Part shown: piece by piece, positions 26,901 to 37,181 of the stretch
How positions within the stretch are numbered: position 1 is the first letter of the stretch
How the letters are laid out: the number at the start of each line of letters is the position of its first letter
Assembly: GCA_963667845.2 (NCBI GenBank)
Contig: CAXXVL010000002.1
Location: forward strand, 1,376,001-1,440,000
DNA length: 64,000 nt
Reading direction: 5' to 3'
Source of the DNA: Smithellaceae bacterium
GTDB taxonomy: Bacteria > Desulfobacterota > Syntrophia > Syntrophales > Smithellaceae
The notes under the pieces: model-generated
Told to the model about the DNA's origin: nothing
Seen by the model: only the letters and a program-made list of their open reading frames with translations
Databases searched by the model: none
Made by a program: the position numbers and the translations under genes

Positions 26901-28018
26901 ACTGGCCGCGGATTCGGGAATTGGTGCGCAAGGAATTTATTCAGCTCTTGCGGGATAAACGCAACCGGGTGGTTCTCTTCGTCGCGCCGCTTATCCAGAT
27001 GCTGGTTTTCGGCTATGTCGTCAACTATGATATCAGCAATATCCGTGTTGCGTTTGTGGATTATTCCCATACCCGGGAAAGTCGCGCTCTGGCCGATGCC
27101 TTCGAGGGCAGCCGCATTTTTTCCATTACGCATACGTTAAGCGATGAACGAATGCTGGAGGATCTGCTCCTGCGAGGTCAGGTGGATATGGGGATAAAAA
27201 TTGCCCCTGACTTTGCGGCCTTAATCCGCAAGGGAGAGACGGCCGCCGTCCAGATTATCGCGGATGGCTCCATGAGCAATATGGCCTCGCTCAGGATGGC
27301 CTACACGGGCAGCGTCTTGCAGAAGTTCAACCAGGAAACGCTCCATGAACTCTATCCGCAGCCGATGAGCTATGGCCGGATCGATGCGCGCGTGCGCACC
27401 TGGTATAACCCCAATATCGAGAGCCAGTATTTCTTTGTTCCCGGCATTGTGGCGTTCGTCATTATGCTGATTTCCCTGCTTTTGACGTCGATTGCCATTA
27501 TCCGGGAAAAAGAAGCGGGCACCATGGAGCAGCTCATCGTGACGCCCCTGAAAGCTTATGAATTGATTCTCGGGAAAACGATTCCCTATATTATCATTTC
27601 CCTTGTCCAGTTGACGGTGGTTATTGTCGTCGCCATCACCTGGTTTGAAATACCGCTGGCGGGGAGTGTTCTGCTATTGCTTTTTGCCGCCTGTTTATTT
27701 CTGCTTTCCACGTTGGGCATTGGTCTGTTTATCTCGACCATATCCGCAACGCAGCAGCAGGCGATGATGACAACCTTCTTCTTTATCCTTCCTTTCTTCA
27801 TGCTCAGCGGCTTCGTTTTCCCTATTGCCAATATGCCGGTTGTTGTCCAGTGGCTGACCTACCTTAATCCTCTGAGGTATTTCCTCGTGATCCTGCGGGG
27901 CATTTTTCTGAAAGGTGTCGGGATGCATGTTCTCTGGTCTCAGTATGTCTACCTGGCCATTCTGGGAATCATCGTCTTTTCAGGTGCAATTGCCCGCTTT
28001 AAAAAACGGTTGGATTAG
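26897..28018 (+). CDS. ABC-2 permease, YbhR-like
   Basis: RKEFIQLLRD, IIREKEAGTMEQLIVTP, LSGFVFPIANMP; ATG 26897 overlaps the previous stop. Confidence 0.9.
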   Translation: MNWPRIRELVRKEFIQLLRDKRNRVVLFVAPLIQMLVFGYVVNYDISNIRVAFVDYSHTRESRALADAFEGSRIFSITHTLSDERMLEDLLLRGQVDMGIKIAPDFAALIRKGETAAVQIIADGSMSNMASLRMAYTGSVLQKFNQETLHELYPQPMSYGRIDARVRTWYNPNIESQYFFVPGIVAFVIMLISLLLTSIAIIREKEAGTMEQLIVTPLKAYELILGKTIPYIIISLVQLTVVIVVAITWFEIPLAGSVLLLLFAACLFLLSTLGIGLFISTISATQQQAMMTTFFFILPFFMLSGFVFPIANMPVVVQWLTYLNPLRYFLVILRGIFLKGVGMHVLWSQYVYLAILGIIVFSGAIARFKKRLD

Positions 28019-28026
28019 GGTATGAG

Positions 28027-28068
28027 AAGGTACAAGGTGCAAGGTACAAGGTACAAGGTGCAAGGATA
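28027..28068 (+). repeat. Heptamer tandem repeat AAGGTRC x5 plus one degenerate unit
   Basis: AAGGTAC AAGGTGC AAGGTAC AAGGTAC AAGGTGC AAGGATA immediately before ATG 28073. Confidence 0.9.
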
Positions 28069-28072
28069 AGGC

Positions 28073-29074
28073 ATGCTGAAAGTTATTGATGATGAAATGC
28101 TGATCCGGAAATATGCAAAACTTTTTGCCCGGAGTTTCAAACCGTTTACGGATGAGTCCATCAAAGTAAAACTGGGGCATCAGGGGGCAAGCTCCCAGGC
28201 GAAAGTTTCGTGGTCCAAAAAACTGGGTCTCTGGATATTTTCTCAAGCGACGAAAGAAGTCCGCTACTGGAACGCATTCGGCCGGAGCAAGCCGCAGGCA
28301 GGCGGTCACGTGCCGATCACGGCTGAAATCAATTTCCCCTGGGCGGGTATTGACCGCAAAACCGGCGCCGCATTTGCGCGCGACGCCTGGAACCGTACTT
28401 ACGTCATTCACCGCGGCAAAATCGGCGGCGGTAAAAAGGGAATCGGCAAATCCCTGTTTGAAGAATACTATCGGGGCGTCTGGGCCTGGATGGATGATGG
28501 CGACGCCCTGTCACAGGTTGCGGTTGTCGGCGCCCTCGGGAGCGGCCGCTTTGCTCTGCAGGTGGCTCAGTTCGTAGCGAAGATCGGGCGGTTGAAATCA
28601 ACAGCCGCTTTATCCCGGCAGACATCGCTCAATTTTTCCGAAGTCTCTTTTCATGAAGAACTGGTCGGAAGTCCGCCCCCGCTGCCGTTCGATGACGTGA
28701 CCTGTGCCTGCGATCGAAACCTGGTCCTAAGTCAGCTGGCTCAACTTCTCGAACGCTGGAAATTCAAAGTCGGCAATGATGTGAATCATGAGTTATTTCT
28801 TATCCACCCCGTCACAGACAGACTATCTCACGTATTGGCGGTTTCTGCCTGCGGCGAAGAGAGTCACGTCATGTCGACGGCCGCAAAATTGCTTCTGCAG
28901 CAGGCCGCCGAAGCCGATCATCCGGCCGCTATTCTCATCATGCCGGAAGAGGCGATGAATCTCTATCTTCAGCGACTGCAGCTGATTCACATTGACGTAC
29001 TGGCCTACCGGCTGGAGGGCGAACGAATCATATTCCCGGATCTGGGGAAAATCAGGCTCGACCAGAATTCTTAA
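28073..29074 (+). CDS. Hypothetical protein, possibly restriction-endonuclease-like with degenerate active site
   Basis: 333-aa ORF with RYWNAFG, EINFP and HRGKIGGGKKGIGK motifs; function inferred only. Confidence 0.6.
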   Translation: MLKVIDDEMLIRKYAKLFARSFKPFTDESIKVKLGHQGASSQAKVSWSKKLGLWIFSQATKEVRYWNAFGRSKPQAGGHVPITAEINFPWAGIDRKTGAAFARDAWNRTYVIHRGKIGGGKKGIGKSLFEEYYRGVWAWMDDGDALSQVAVVGALGSGRFALQVAQFVAKIGRLKSTAALSRQTSLNFSEVSFHEELVGSPPPLPFDDVTCACDRNLVLSQLAQLLERWKFKVGNDVNHELFLIHPVTDRLSHVLAVSACGEESHVMSTAAKLLLQQAAEADHPAAILIMPEEAMNLYLQRLQLIHIDVLAYRLEGERIIFPDLGKIRLDQNS

Positions 29075-29157
29075 TTGTAAAACGTCGCCAAAAAAGAATT
29101 AAATGTCAATGTTCCGGAGTATTCACAGTCCATCAGACTTCAACGGAAGGGAAAACC

Positions 29158-29532
29158 ATGATCAAGGAACGAAGAAAGCGCACCAGAGTTCCCGTCTGCT
29201 TTGACCTGAATATTGTTGTCGGGGGCAGAAAAATAAAGGTAGAAACTCAAAACATCAGCATGACCGGTGTCAGTTTCAGAAGCGCCGAGCCGTTTACGGT
29301 GAATGACAAATGTAAAATCCACCTGCGTCTCGATGAAGAAATTCAACTGTCGATTAGAGCCAAGATTCTTAGGTCCTGTGAAGAGGAAACGATTGCGTCA
29401 TTCATGGAGATGGATGAAGATAGCTTTTATCACTTAAAGAGGATTCTCCAGTATAACGCAGCCGATTCCGATCAAATTGAAAAAGAATTGGGAAAGCCTG
29501 CCTTTGCTAAACGGCCGGCACCGAACAAATGA
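29158..29532 (+). CDS. PilZ-domain protein
   Basis: RRKRTR (RxxxR) and NISMTG (D/NxSxxG) c-di-GMP motifs. Confidence 0.88.
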   Translation: MIKERRKRTRVPVCFDLNIVVGGRKIKVETQNISMTGVSFRSAEPFTVNDKCKIHLRLDEEIQLSIRAKILRSCEEETIASFMEMDEDSFYHLKRILQYNAADSDQIEKELGKPAFAKRPAPNK

Positions 29533-29629
29533 TTTCCGCCGGGATGTGCGAACACGAGTAAGCCGTCTCGGGAGTCGATCCCGGGCAGTTCGCCCCGAGC
29601 AGATGACGGAGGATCACTCTTCGGAAGAT

Positions 29630-29669
29630 AAAAAAACCGGCGGCCCCGGTCCCCGGACCGCCGGAAAAA
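29630..29669 (-). terminator. Intrinsic terminator for the minus-strand binding-protein gene
   Basis: Minus strand reads CCGGCGGTCCGG...CCGGGGCCGCCGG followed by T7. Confidence 0.7.
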
Positions 29670-29689
29670 TCAAAATGCCTAGCCAGAAA

Positions 29690-30943
29690 TTATTCGATGG
29701 GGCCGAATTTGGATTGGAAGCGAACCATGTTGGCCTTGCTCTTGGAGATCTTCTTGATATTCTCCCATTCCTTATCACTCTTGATCCACCAGAAATATTG
29801 ATTCGGTTCCGTCAGCTGACCGTTTTTGACCATTTGAACCGAACCGTTGATCAGGAGCCTTCCGTTATCGGCGATGCCGAATATTTCCGTAGGGATCCGA
29901 TCGCCCAAAATGGGCAGCGCTTTGGCAAATGAAGCGCGGATGGCGCGCACATCGGTTGTTGTGCCGGCGGCTTCAATCGCTTTGGACAGGGCAATCGTTG
30001 CACCGTAATTTCGATAGCATTCCGACGTCACGATTCGTTTATAGGTGCTCTGGAATTTCTTTATAAACGAAGAGGTTACGGGAACGGGGACGCTCGGGGG
30101 AGCGGCGACGCCGATCGTATTGTGCATCAGTTTGTAGCCCCTCAGCAGGTTGCCCATGTAATCGAGTTTCGCCTGGTCGATGCAGATGAATCCGCCTTTA
30201 AAGCCCATACCGCGCGCCTGCTCGATGACCAGAGCGGTTGTTGCGGAAGGACCGCCGATGAGCAGCGCATCCGGCTTGGTGCCCAGTGCCGCGGTGAGCG
30301 GTGCGGAAAAATCCGTTTCCGCGTAGTAGTTGGCGGGTTTATCGGTCGTGATGACCCCGCCGGATTTCTCCCATCTGTCTCGGAAAGCAACGCGCCATTC
30401 TTCACCATAACCGCCGGTGGTACAGACCATTGCTACTTTTTTCCAGCCTTCCTTCTGGGCCAGCTCGATAAACTGCTGAACATAGACCAGAAAGTTGGGG
30501 GCTGTTGTGCCGATAAGCAGTTTATTGCCGAGCTGAGTAACCTTGGGTGTGCTCGTGTAAGCCATGATAAGAAATTCATTTCCCTTTTCTTCGTTGATTT
30601 TGGCCATGGCCGCAAGCGTCGTAAACACGCCGTTATAAACGGCGATGGCGCCGCTGTTCTTGAAGCGTCTTGCGTTGTTGACGGCCGCCGTCGGGTCGTT
30701 GCGGTCATCGAGTTTTTCCAGTCTGAAATTATACTTCTTGCCCTTCACCGTGATGCCGCCGGCGGCGTTGATTTCGTTCACCGCCATGTCAACACCATAG
30801 AGCATATCCTGGCCATACTCAGCCGCCGGTCCGCTTAAAGGCCCTGAAAAACCGATGACGATATCCTGGGCGCTTGCGATGAACGCCCACAACATGACGA
30901 GACAGATAGCCGATAGAACAGTAATACCTTTCCCATGCTTCAT
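29690..30943 (-). CDS. ABC transporter substrate-binding protein, Leu/Ile/Val-binding family
   Basis: Start at ATG 30943 after GGAGGAGG; signal peptide ending ASA; IGFSGPLSGPAAEYGQD. Confidence 0.9.
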   Translation of the reverse strand: MKHGKGITVLSAICLVMLWAFIASAQDIVIGFSGPLSGPAAEYGQDMLYGVDMAVNEINAAGGITVKGKKYNFRLEKLDDRNDPTAAVNNARRFKNSGAIAVYNGVFTTLAAMAKINEEKGNEFLIMAYTSTPKVTQLGNKLLIGTTAPNFLVYVQQFIELAQKEGWKKVAMVCTTGGYGEEWRVAFRDRWEKSGGVITTDKPANYYAETDFSAPLTAALGTKPDALLIGGPSATTALVIEQARGMGFKGGFICIDQAKLDYMGNLLRGYKLMHNTIGVAAPPSVPVPVTSSFIKKFQSTYKRIVTSECYRNYGATIALSKAIEAAGTTTDVRAIRASFAKALPILGDRIPTEIFGIADNGRLLINGSVQMVKNGQLTEPNQYFWWIKSDKEWENIKKISKSKANMVRFQSKFGPIE

Positions 30944-31200
30944 CTTCCTTCCTCCTCCTCTTTTGTTTAGTATCCCTTGCTTCAATATCTTGAAAATCGA
31001 ATTATAAAGCCCGAGCGTAGGTGTGACGCTGCCAAAACAAAACGGATGGAACAAAATCAGCTTCGTTGATCTGTAAATCGTCTCTAAAGTATAATTAGTT
31101 TAATTACTTACAGTACAATATTCTATTTACTTTTGTGACGGCAGTATAGGAAAAACAAGAATGCCTGTCAATTGAATAAATACAAAAGGGGAAATTAATT

Positions 31201-34200
31201 TCACAAAGCGGTCTTCATCGCCTCATGCAAGCGGGCGGCGCGCAGACAAAAAGCTTCCAATTTCGCATTGATAATCTGCGGGAAAGGTGATCCGTCGCTT
31301 TCAATGGAAAGAAAAGGCAATTCGTCAAAGTCCGATAAGGTTTTGCTGAGGCGCGCATTGTCAGGATCGCTGGCGGCTTTGGTCTCGCGGTGCATGGCTT
31401 CGTTTAATATGGACTCTGCAATACGGCTAGGCATGCAGCCGAAGGGACCGATGGAAATGACGCCGCAGACCGAGGTCGCGATTTCGCGGATGGCGCTCCC
31501 GATCGTCAGGATTGCTTCCCCCGTCAGTTGCGGCGATATAAAAGGCAGGGCATGCCGGATGACGTCGCGAACATCGACCGGATGGGATAGAACAAGGCCC
31601 GAAGCGCTCATGACGGCATGCAGTTTTCTTGTGTAGCGTTCCACATATTTTTCAACCAGCAGGAATCTCAACCGCCCCGGAATGGAGAAATCATGCCGGA
31701 CGATGTTCTCTTTCACCAGATAGTCCGTATAGAGGATCCATTCGCCAACCGGCGAACAGATCACGGCGAAGCCCTTTTCAGCGAGCTTTTCCGTCAGATG
31801 TTGCCTAGACAGGTTGTCCCGTCTGACGAATATTTCTCCTACCAGAGCAACCACGGGCAGATCCGGGCGGGGACGACTGACGCCGGGGATGGCTTTCAGA
31901 CGGGCGAGGCTTTTCGTAAGCTCGGTCGTCAGGATTTTGAAATCGGTCTGCGTGAGTGACCGAATGAGCGTTGCCGCCTCATCCTCGAATATGCGCATCG
32001 CCAGCCGGCGATCGTCCGCCTTTACCAGGACGAGCGAGCGGATATCTTCCAGGGTGTCGGAAATGACGGCCGCCCACCAGGTGCGCAGACGGAAAAAGCC
32101 GTCCAGTCCGGCGTAGGAATTTTCGGAGGTGATGGACAGGATGGCGACATCCGGAATTTTCATCCGCTTAATCAGGTCTTCCAGAAAGACGGCGTATTGA
32201 CCAAAGCGGCATGGGCCGGTTCCGGTCGGCATAAAATAGGCAACGATCTCTCCCGGTTTCCGCAGGTGCTGAACATAATGGATGAGCGATCCGGTGGTCA
32301 GAATCAACGGCAGGCATTCTTTGCAGGACGTATGAGCCCGTCCGATTTTCAAGATGTGTTCATCCGCCGCAGGATGGACAAAGGTCCGGAATCCTTCGCT
32401 CGCGAAGACTGCGGCCAGCATCTGCGCGCCGATTTCCCCCATGGACGGGAAAAGGACCGTGACACGCGGATGGGCAAGCGGCAGAGACTCGCCGTCGGAC
32501 GTTGTTATTGAAGCGGCGGCGCCGTCGAATCTCGTTTTTGCCGGCAGGAAGCTTTTCGCCCCGCTCGGCAGGGCCCTGTCCGCCGGCAATTGCCGATACG
32601 CAGCGATAACGTCGAGGAAGGCTTCAATGCGGGTCTCCAGACCGGCGCCGGCTGTGTGGCTGTCCAACTCCAGCGTCAGCGACGGCTTGTCGCCCATGAT
32701 GTCCCGGAAGTAGGTCATCAGGAAAGAATCGGGGCCGCAGGAAAAATTGGTGATGTAGACGCCGAAAAGCCGGGGATGCTTCTTAACCAACGCAGCCGCT
32801 TTCATGATTTGCTGACCGGTTCCCCAATACATGTCGGCCTTGTTCTGTTCATGCGCAAGCGGCAGAAAATCGAGCGGAATAACGCGGCAGCCCCGGGACG
32901 CAAACATGCGGGGGATCCCCTTGTTGGCTTCGGAGGCCATCCCGGAATAGGGGCGTCCAAAAATCACCATGGCTATATCATCGGGGTTTTCTTCAAGGCC
33001 GGCAAGTGCTTTCTGTCCCGATTCCTGCATTTGGGCAAAACAGGTTTGCTGCACGTGCAGGGCTTTTCGAAAGGCTTCCTTTATTTGTGCTTTGCCCGCG
33101 CCCATTATTTTTGCCGCCGCCGCGAGCGGTTTTTCCATAGCGCAAAGTCCCTCCGTGAGATCGATAAGCGGTGTCAGGATCTTTGTCCCCGATTGTTTCA
33201 TATCGGCAAGCCTGCGTCGAAAGCTGCTTTGCAGGTAAAAGGTTTCTCCCTGGACGAACGGGCAGACCTGAGAATCCGTGGATCCGCCGGCATTGGGCAG
33301 CGCCTTGAAATGTGGCAGAAAAATGTAATCCAATTGCCCGCGCTGATTCAGAAGCTCTCCGAAAAAGCCGTGGGCCAGTTCCGCGGGATAACAGAAACTC
33401 GCTTCTTTTTCGTCGATAGCCGACTGCGCGCACGTATCCGCCAGGACGGGTTCATACCCGAGTTCGGTGAAAAACGTTGAATACAGGGGATAGTAAGTAT
33501 GCGTGAGAAAACTGCGGTTAAGCCCGACGCATCCCCGGATCGAACGGACCGCCGAGCCCCGGGCCGCGGCATATTTCTCGAAGACCAGCTCCTGCCGGGC
33601 CGCGACGGCATCGAGCGACCGTGAATCGTGCTTGATGCCGTGCTGCAGGTTATAGTATTTGTTGCACGCGCCGCCGAATGGATATTTCTTCCCGTCCATT
33701 TCTATGATGGAGATTGCACAGCGGCGGTCGCAATTTTCCGGCGAGCCTTTACAGATGAAGGACTTGCCGCGGTGAACGTCGCGGCGGCTCAGCTCTTCGA
33801 GATCAAAGGACGAAGCCTCCATCCCTCCGCGTTCGATCTTCTTCTTAACCGCCAGCGCTGCGCCGTATGCGCCCATGAGTCCCGGTTCCGGCGGAACGGT
33901 GATGAAGCTGCCGGTGAGCGCGGCCATGGCCAGCGGGACGGCCCGGTTATAACAGACGCCGCCCTGCATAAAGATCTTTTTGCCCACGGGCCGGTTGCCT
34001 TTTACGCGATTGGCGTAATTCATACAAACGGAGTACACGAGGCCGGCCAGGATGTCTTCGCGCGCCCGGCCTTCGGCGATAGCGTTCTTCATATCCGAAG
34101 AGATAAATGCGGCGCACTGGTCATTGAAGTTGGGCGGGCGCGTGCCCGTAAGAGCAAGCGCCGCGATGTCTTCCATCGGCACTCCCAGTGTTTCGAGGGC

Positions 34201-35523
34201 GGATTCCTCGAGAAACGAGCCGGTGCCGGCCGAGCAGGCTTCGTTCATCGCGTAGTCGGAAGCAACTGAACTCACGAGAAACGTGTACTTCGCGTCCTGG
34301 CCGCCGATTTCAAAAATCGTATCCACCTCCGGATCAAAGTGAGCGGCGGCCGTTGCATGCGCGATAATTTCATTCATGACGCCGAGCGTCTGGGCATGCA
34401 GGCCGGCAATCTGGCGGCCCGACCCGCAGATTCCGACGGCTTCGATGGCGACGCACGCGGGATCGGTGTGACGACGGATCTGTTCTAAAATCGATCGGTA
34501 ACAGTTTCTGGCTGCGCCCGTCGGATCGCCGTTGGTGCGCAGATAACAGTCGGCAAGCAGTGCATCATCGCGCTTGCGGATCAGCACGGCTTTGGTGGTG
34601 GTCGAACCGACATCCAGCCCCAGGATGCAGATATCGCCGCGTTCTATGCTCGCGCGGCTCAGGGTTTTAAATTCCACGCGATTGAGGAAATCGGCAAGCG
34701 GCGGATGCGTTTCAAACGCTTCGGAGTCGCTCTTGACGAGTTGATGCATGTGAACCGGCCGTGTTTCGTTTTCACAGGCCCAGAGTGCAGCACCCAGCGC
34801 TTCGAAATACGATGCTTCGGCGGGTACGATCAACCCTTCGATATCCCGCCGCAAATATTCAATCATCATCGCATTGCGGGCTGCCCCGCCGGTTATCATA
34901 ATGTGTTTACGGGGTATCTTTTTGAGGAGTTCCAGAATCTTGCCGGCCATCATTTTGCACAGACCGGCCGTGACATTTGCTTTGGGAATGCCTTTGTTGG
35001 TGGCATGCGTGCAGTCCGATTTGCAGAAGACCGAACAGCGGCCCGATACCGCGTGAGGTTCCTCAGTCGCCGCAAAACCGGTTGCCTCGTCCAGGCTCAC
35101 GTTCATGCGCCTGAGTTGTTGCAGAAAGAATTCGCCGGTACCGGAGGCGCATTTGTTGCCGGTCAGGACGCTGGAAATCTGTCCGCGCCGGTTCATCACA
35201 TAAGCCATGAACGTCTCACCGCCGGCGGATACGACGGCGGGACAGAACAAATCCGGCGGCCGAAGATAACGATAGGCGTATTCGACGGCCTGCGGCTCGG
35301 AAATGGAGGTGACATTTAAAAGTTCGCGGAATTTCCGGCCCGTGGCCGCAATCCGGTCAAAAGAGGAAAGATCATAAGAGGCCAGCGCGTCGTGCAGCGT
35401 CTTGTGGGGATTCCCCTCATGCGGCCGGACCGAGTGGGAGTCAATGCAAACCCGACCGTTTTGCCGATGCAATTCGGCGATCGAGACGGTCGATGCACCC
35501 AGACAAATTCCTAAAGCTTTCAT
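31201..35523 (-). CDS. Fused double ASKHA activase + reductase/dehydratase protein (CoA-activase family; PlsA-PlsR/Ger-like architecture)
   Basis: Two BadF/BadG/BcrA/BcrD domains (NKCASGTG..GRCSVF; GLDVGSTTTK..EACSAGTG..DQCAAF), then CYP, NFSCGPDS, ETRIEAF, KECLP, GPCRFGQY, GPFGCMP; 1440 aa. Confidence 0.85.
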   Translation of the reverse strand: MKALGICLGASTVSIAELHRQNGRVCIDSHSVRPHEGNPHKTLHDALASYDLSSFDRIAATGRKFRELLNVTSISEPQAVEYAYRYLRPPDLFCPAVVSAGGETFMAYVMNRRGQISSVLTGNKCASGTGEFFLQQLRRMNVSLDEATGFAATEEPHAVSGRCSVFCKSDCTHATNKGIPKANVTAGLCKMMAGKILELLKKIPRKHIMITGGAARNAMMIEYLRRDIEGLIVPAEASYFEALGAALWACENETRPVHMHQLVKSDSEAFETHPPLADFLNRVEFKTLSRASIERGDICILGLDVGSTTTKAVLIRKRDDALLADCYLRTNGDPTGAARNCYRSILEQIRRHTDPACVAIEAVGICGSGRQIAGLHAQTLGVMNEIIAHATAAAHFDPEVDTIFEIGGQDAKYTFLVSSVASDYAMNEACSAGTGSFLEESALETLGVPMEDIAALALTGTRPPNFNDQCAAFISSDMKNAIAEGRAREDILAGLVYSVCMNYANRVKGNRPVGKKIFMQGGVCYNRAVPLAMAALTGSFITVPPEPGLMGAYGAALAVKKKIERGGMEASSFDLEELSRRDVHRGKSFICKGSPENCDRRCAISIIEMDGKKYPFGGACNKYYNLQHGIKHDSRSLDAVAARQELVFEKYAAARGSAVRSIRGCVGLNRSFLTHTYYPLYSTFFTELGYEPVLADTCAQSAIDEKEASFCYPAELAHGFFGELLNQRGQLDYIFLPHFKALPNAGGSTDSQVCPFVQGETFYLQSSFRRRLADMKQSGTKILTPLIDLTEGLCAMEKPLAAAAKIMGAGKAQIKEAFRKALHVQQTCFAQMQESGQKALAGLEENPDDIAMVIFGRPYSGMASEANKGIPRMFASRGCRVIPLDFLPLAHEQNKADMYWGTGQQIMKAAALVKKHPRLFGVYITNFSCGPDSFLMTYFRDIMGDKPSLTLELDSHTAGAGLETRIEAFLDVIAAYRQLPADRALPSGAKSFLPAKTRFDGAAASITTSDGESLPLAHPRVTVLFPSMGEIGAQMLAAVFASEGFRTFVHPAADEHILKIGRAHTSCKECLPLILTTGSLIHYVQHLRKPGEIVAYFMPTGTGPCRFGQYAVFLEDLIKRMKIPDVAILSITSENSYAGLDGFFRLRTWWAAVISDTLEDIRSLVLVKADDRRLAMRIFEDEAATLIRSLTQTDFKILTTELTKSLARLKAIPGVSRPRPDLPVVALVGEIFVRRDNLSRQHLTEKLAEKGFAVICSPVGEWILYTDYLVKENIVRHDFSIPGRLRFLLVEKYVERYTRKLHAVMSASGLVLSHPVDVRDVIRHALPFISPQLTGEAILTIGSAIREIATSVCGVISIGPFGCMPSRIAESILNEAMHRETKAASDPDNARLSKTLSDFDELPFLSIESDGSPFPQIINAKLEAFCLRAARLHEAMKTAL

Positions 35524-35814
35524 GAGAGAGGGATCCCTTGGGTTTTTATTTTCACCATTTTTTTGACATCGGCTGACGTCTGATCCGATGCGTCGGGTAA
35601 ATTAATATTGTGCCGAACTATCAAGTTAAAGTAAATTTAGTCAAGCCTTAAATAAATTTGATACATTTTTCAGCGTCGTTTTCATGCGATGCTGCATTCC
35701 CATCCGAACTTTTTATAAAATATTTGCTTGTAAAGGTCATGGATATTTGATTAATAATTCAAGCGGAATTTGCGGCTTTCAATGACGAGCCATTGAGCCC
35801 GTGACCTTGTCCGG

Positions 35815-36210
35815 ACCGCATGCTCGTTTGATCGATGATGAACAGGTTCCCCGGATGTAACGGACAGCATGCCCAAACATATCGGGTATGATGTCGTAAC
35901 GGATAAAAAAAGTCATGGTGATGCCATGGAATATTACCGACAGGCCAAAGAAGCCAATAAACCCTTCTCATTCAGCATGATGGATTTGACGATGCGTGAC
36001 GATGAGGGGGAAAAGATCGTGACCCATTCGGCGGAGAAAAACATATCCGGAAGTGAAGCCGTGATTTTAGGCGGCTGCATGAACGATCGGGTCACTGAAG
36101 AATACTGGAAATACGGCTTTGTCGGGGCAATGGTCAAGCCTTACCCGCTTCAAGAATTGAAGAGTTCTCCGGGGAAAATCCCGGCGGGTGACGGCCTCCG
36201 AAAAACGTAA
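35815..36210 (+). pseudogene. Degenerate receiver domain, probably a remnant of a hybrid histidine kinase C-terminus
   Basis: Upstream LIDDEQ is out of frame with DVTDSMPKHIGYDV...MDLTM...YGFVGAMVKPY. Confidence 0.65.
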
Positions 36211-36220
36211 GGGGAAATCT

Positions 36221-37159
36221 ATGGGCGAAGGTATCAGTGATTACACAAAAAACGTCGTTGATTTGAGACGCCACATGTGGATGGAAGGGATCGAAGTGGA
36301 ATTGCGCCGGCTGATCTGGCAAATTGCCGTGGTCGGCAAGTACATTTCCGCCAAAATTCACGAATCCAACCGCAAGCTGGCCGGGTTCAAAAATATTTAC
36401 GGTGAAGAACAATTGGCGCTGGATCGTGTTTCCGACGACATCCTGAAGAATAAACTGCAGAGCTCCGGATTTGTAAGTCACTATGCGTCCGAAGAGCTCG
36501 AAGATATCGTTGCCATCGGCAATGGACAGGAGCAATACATTGTGACGGCCGATCCGCTGGACGGCTCGTCGCTCGTAGATACCAATCTGGCCATCGGCAC
36601 CATCATCGGCATCCACCGGAAATCCATCTTTGACTGCGGACGAAACTCGATGGTGGCGGCCCTTTATATCACTTACGGCCCGTTGATCACGATGATCTAT
36701 TCAGCCGGGAAGGGCGCCCACGAGTTTGTTCTCGATCGGGAAGGAGAATACGTTCTGTCTGAAGAAAAAATAAGGCTCAAGGAGAAAGGCTCCATCTTTT
36801 CACCCGGCGGTCTGCGCAAGGACTGGACGGATGCCCATTTGAAGTTTATTGAAAAACTGGAACAGGACGGTTACAAGCTGCGTTACAGCGGCGGCTTTGT
36901 TCCCGATATCAACCAGGTGATCATCAAGCGGGGCGGTTTGTTTACGTATCCGGCGCTTAGGAAATCACCTCAAGGGAAACTGCGCCTGCTATTTGAGCTG
37001 CAGCCGATGGCTTTTATTGTGGAACAGGCCGGCGGTAAGGCCACCGACGGGAAGGAAGATATTCTTGCTCTGCAGGTGACATCGGTTAATCAGCGTTCGC
37101 CGATTTATATCGGCTCAGCGACGGAAGTGACGATGGCGGGACAATTCCTGTCGCAATAA
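36221..37159 (+). CDS. fbp: Fructose-1,6-bisphosphatase class 1
   Basis: GEEQLALD, ASEE, DPLDGSS, LRYSGGFVPD, GKLRLLFE; start at ATG 36221. Confidence 0.93.
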   Translation: MGEGISDYTKNVVDLRRHMWMEGIEVELRRLIWQIAVVGKYISAKIHESNRKLAGFKNIYGEEQLALDRVSDDILKNKLQSSGFVSHYASEELEDIVAIGNGQEQYIVTADPLDGSSLVDTNLAIGTIIGIHRKSIFDCGRNSMVAALYITYGPLITMIYSAGKGAHEFVLDREGEYVLSEEKIRLKEKGSIFSPGGLRKDWTDAHLKFIEKLEQDGYKLRYSGGFVPDINQVIIKRGGLFTYPALRKSPQGKLRLLFELQPMAFIVEQAGGKATDGKEDILALQVTSVNQRSPIYIGSATEVTMAGQFLSQ

Positions 37160-37181
37160 TTACAGATTAGAAGGAGCAGCC

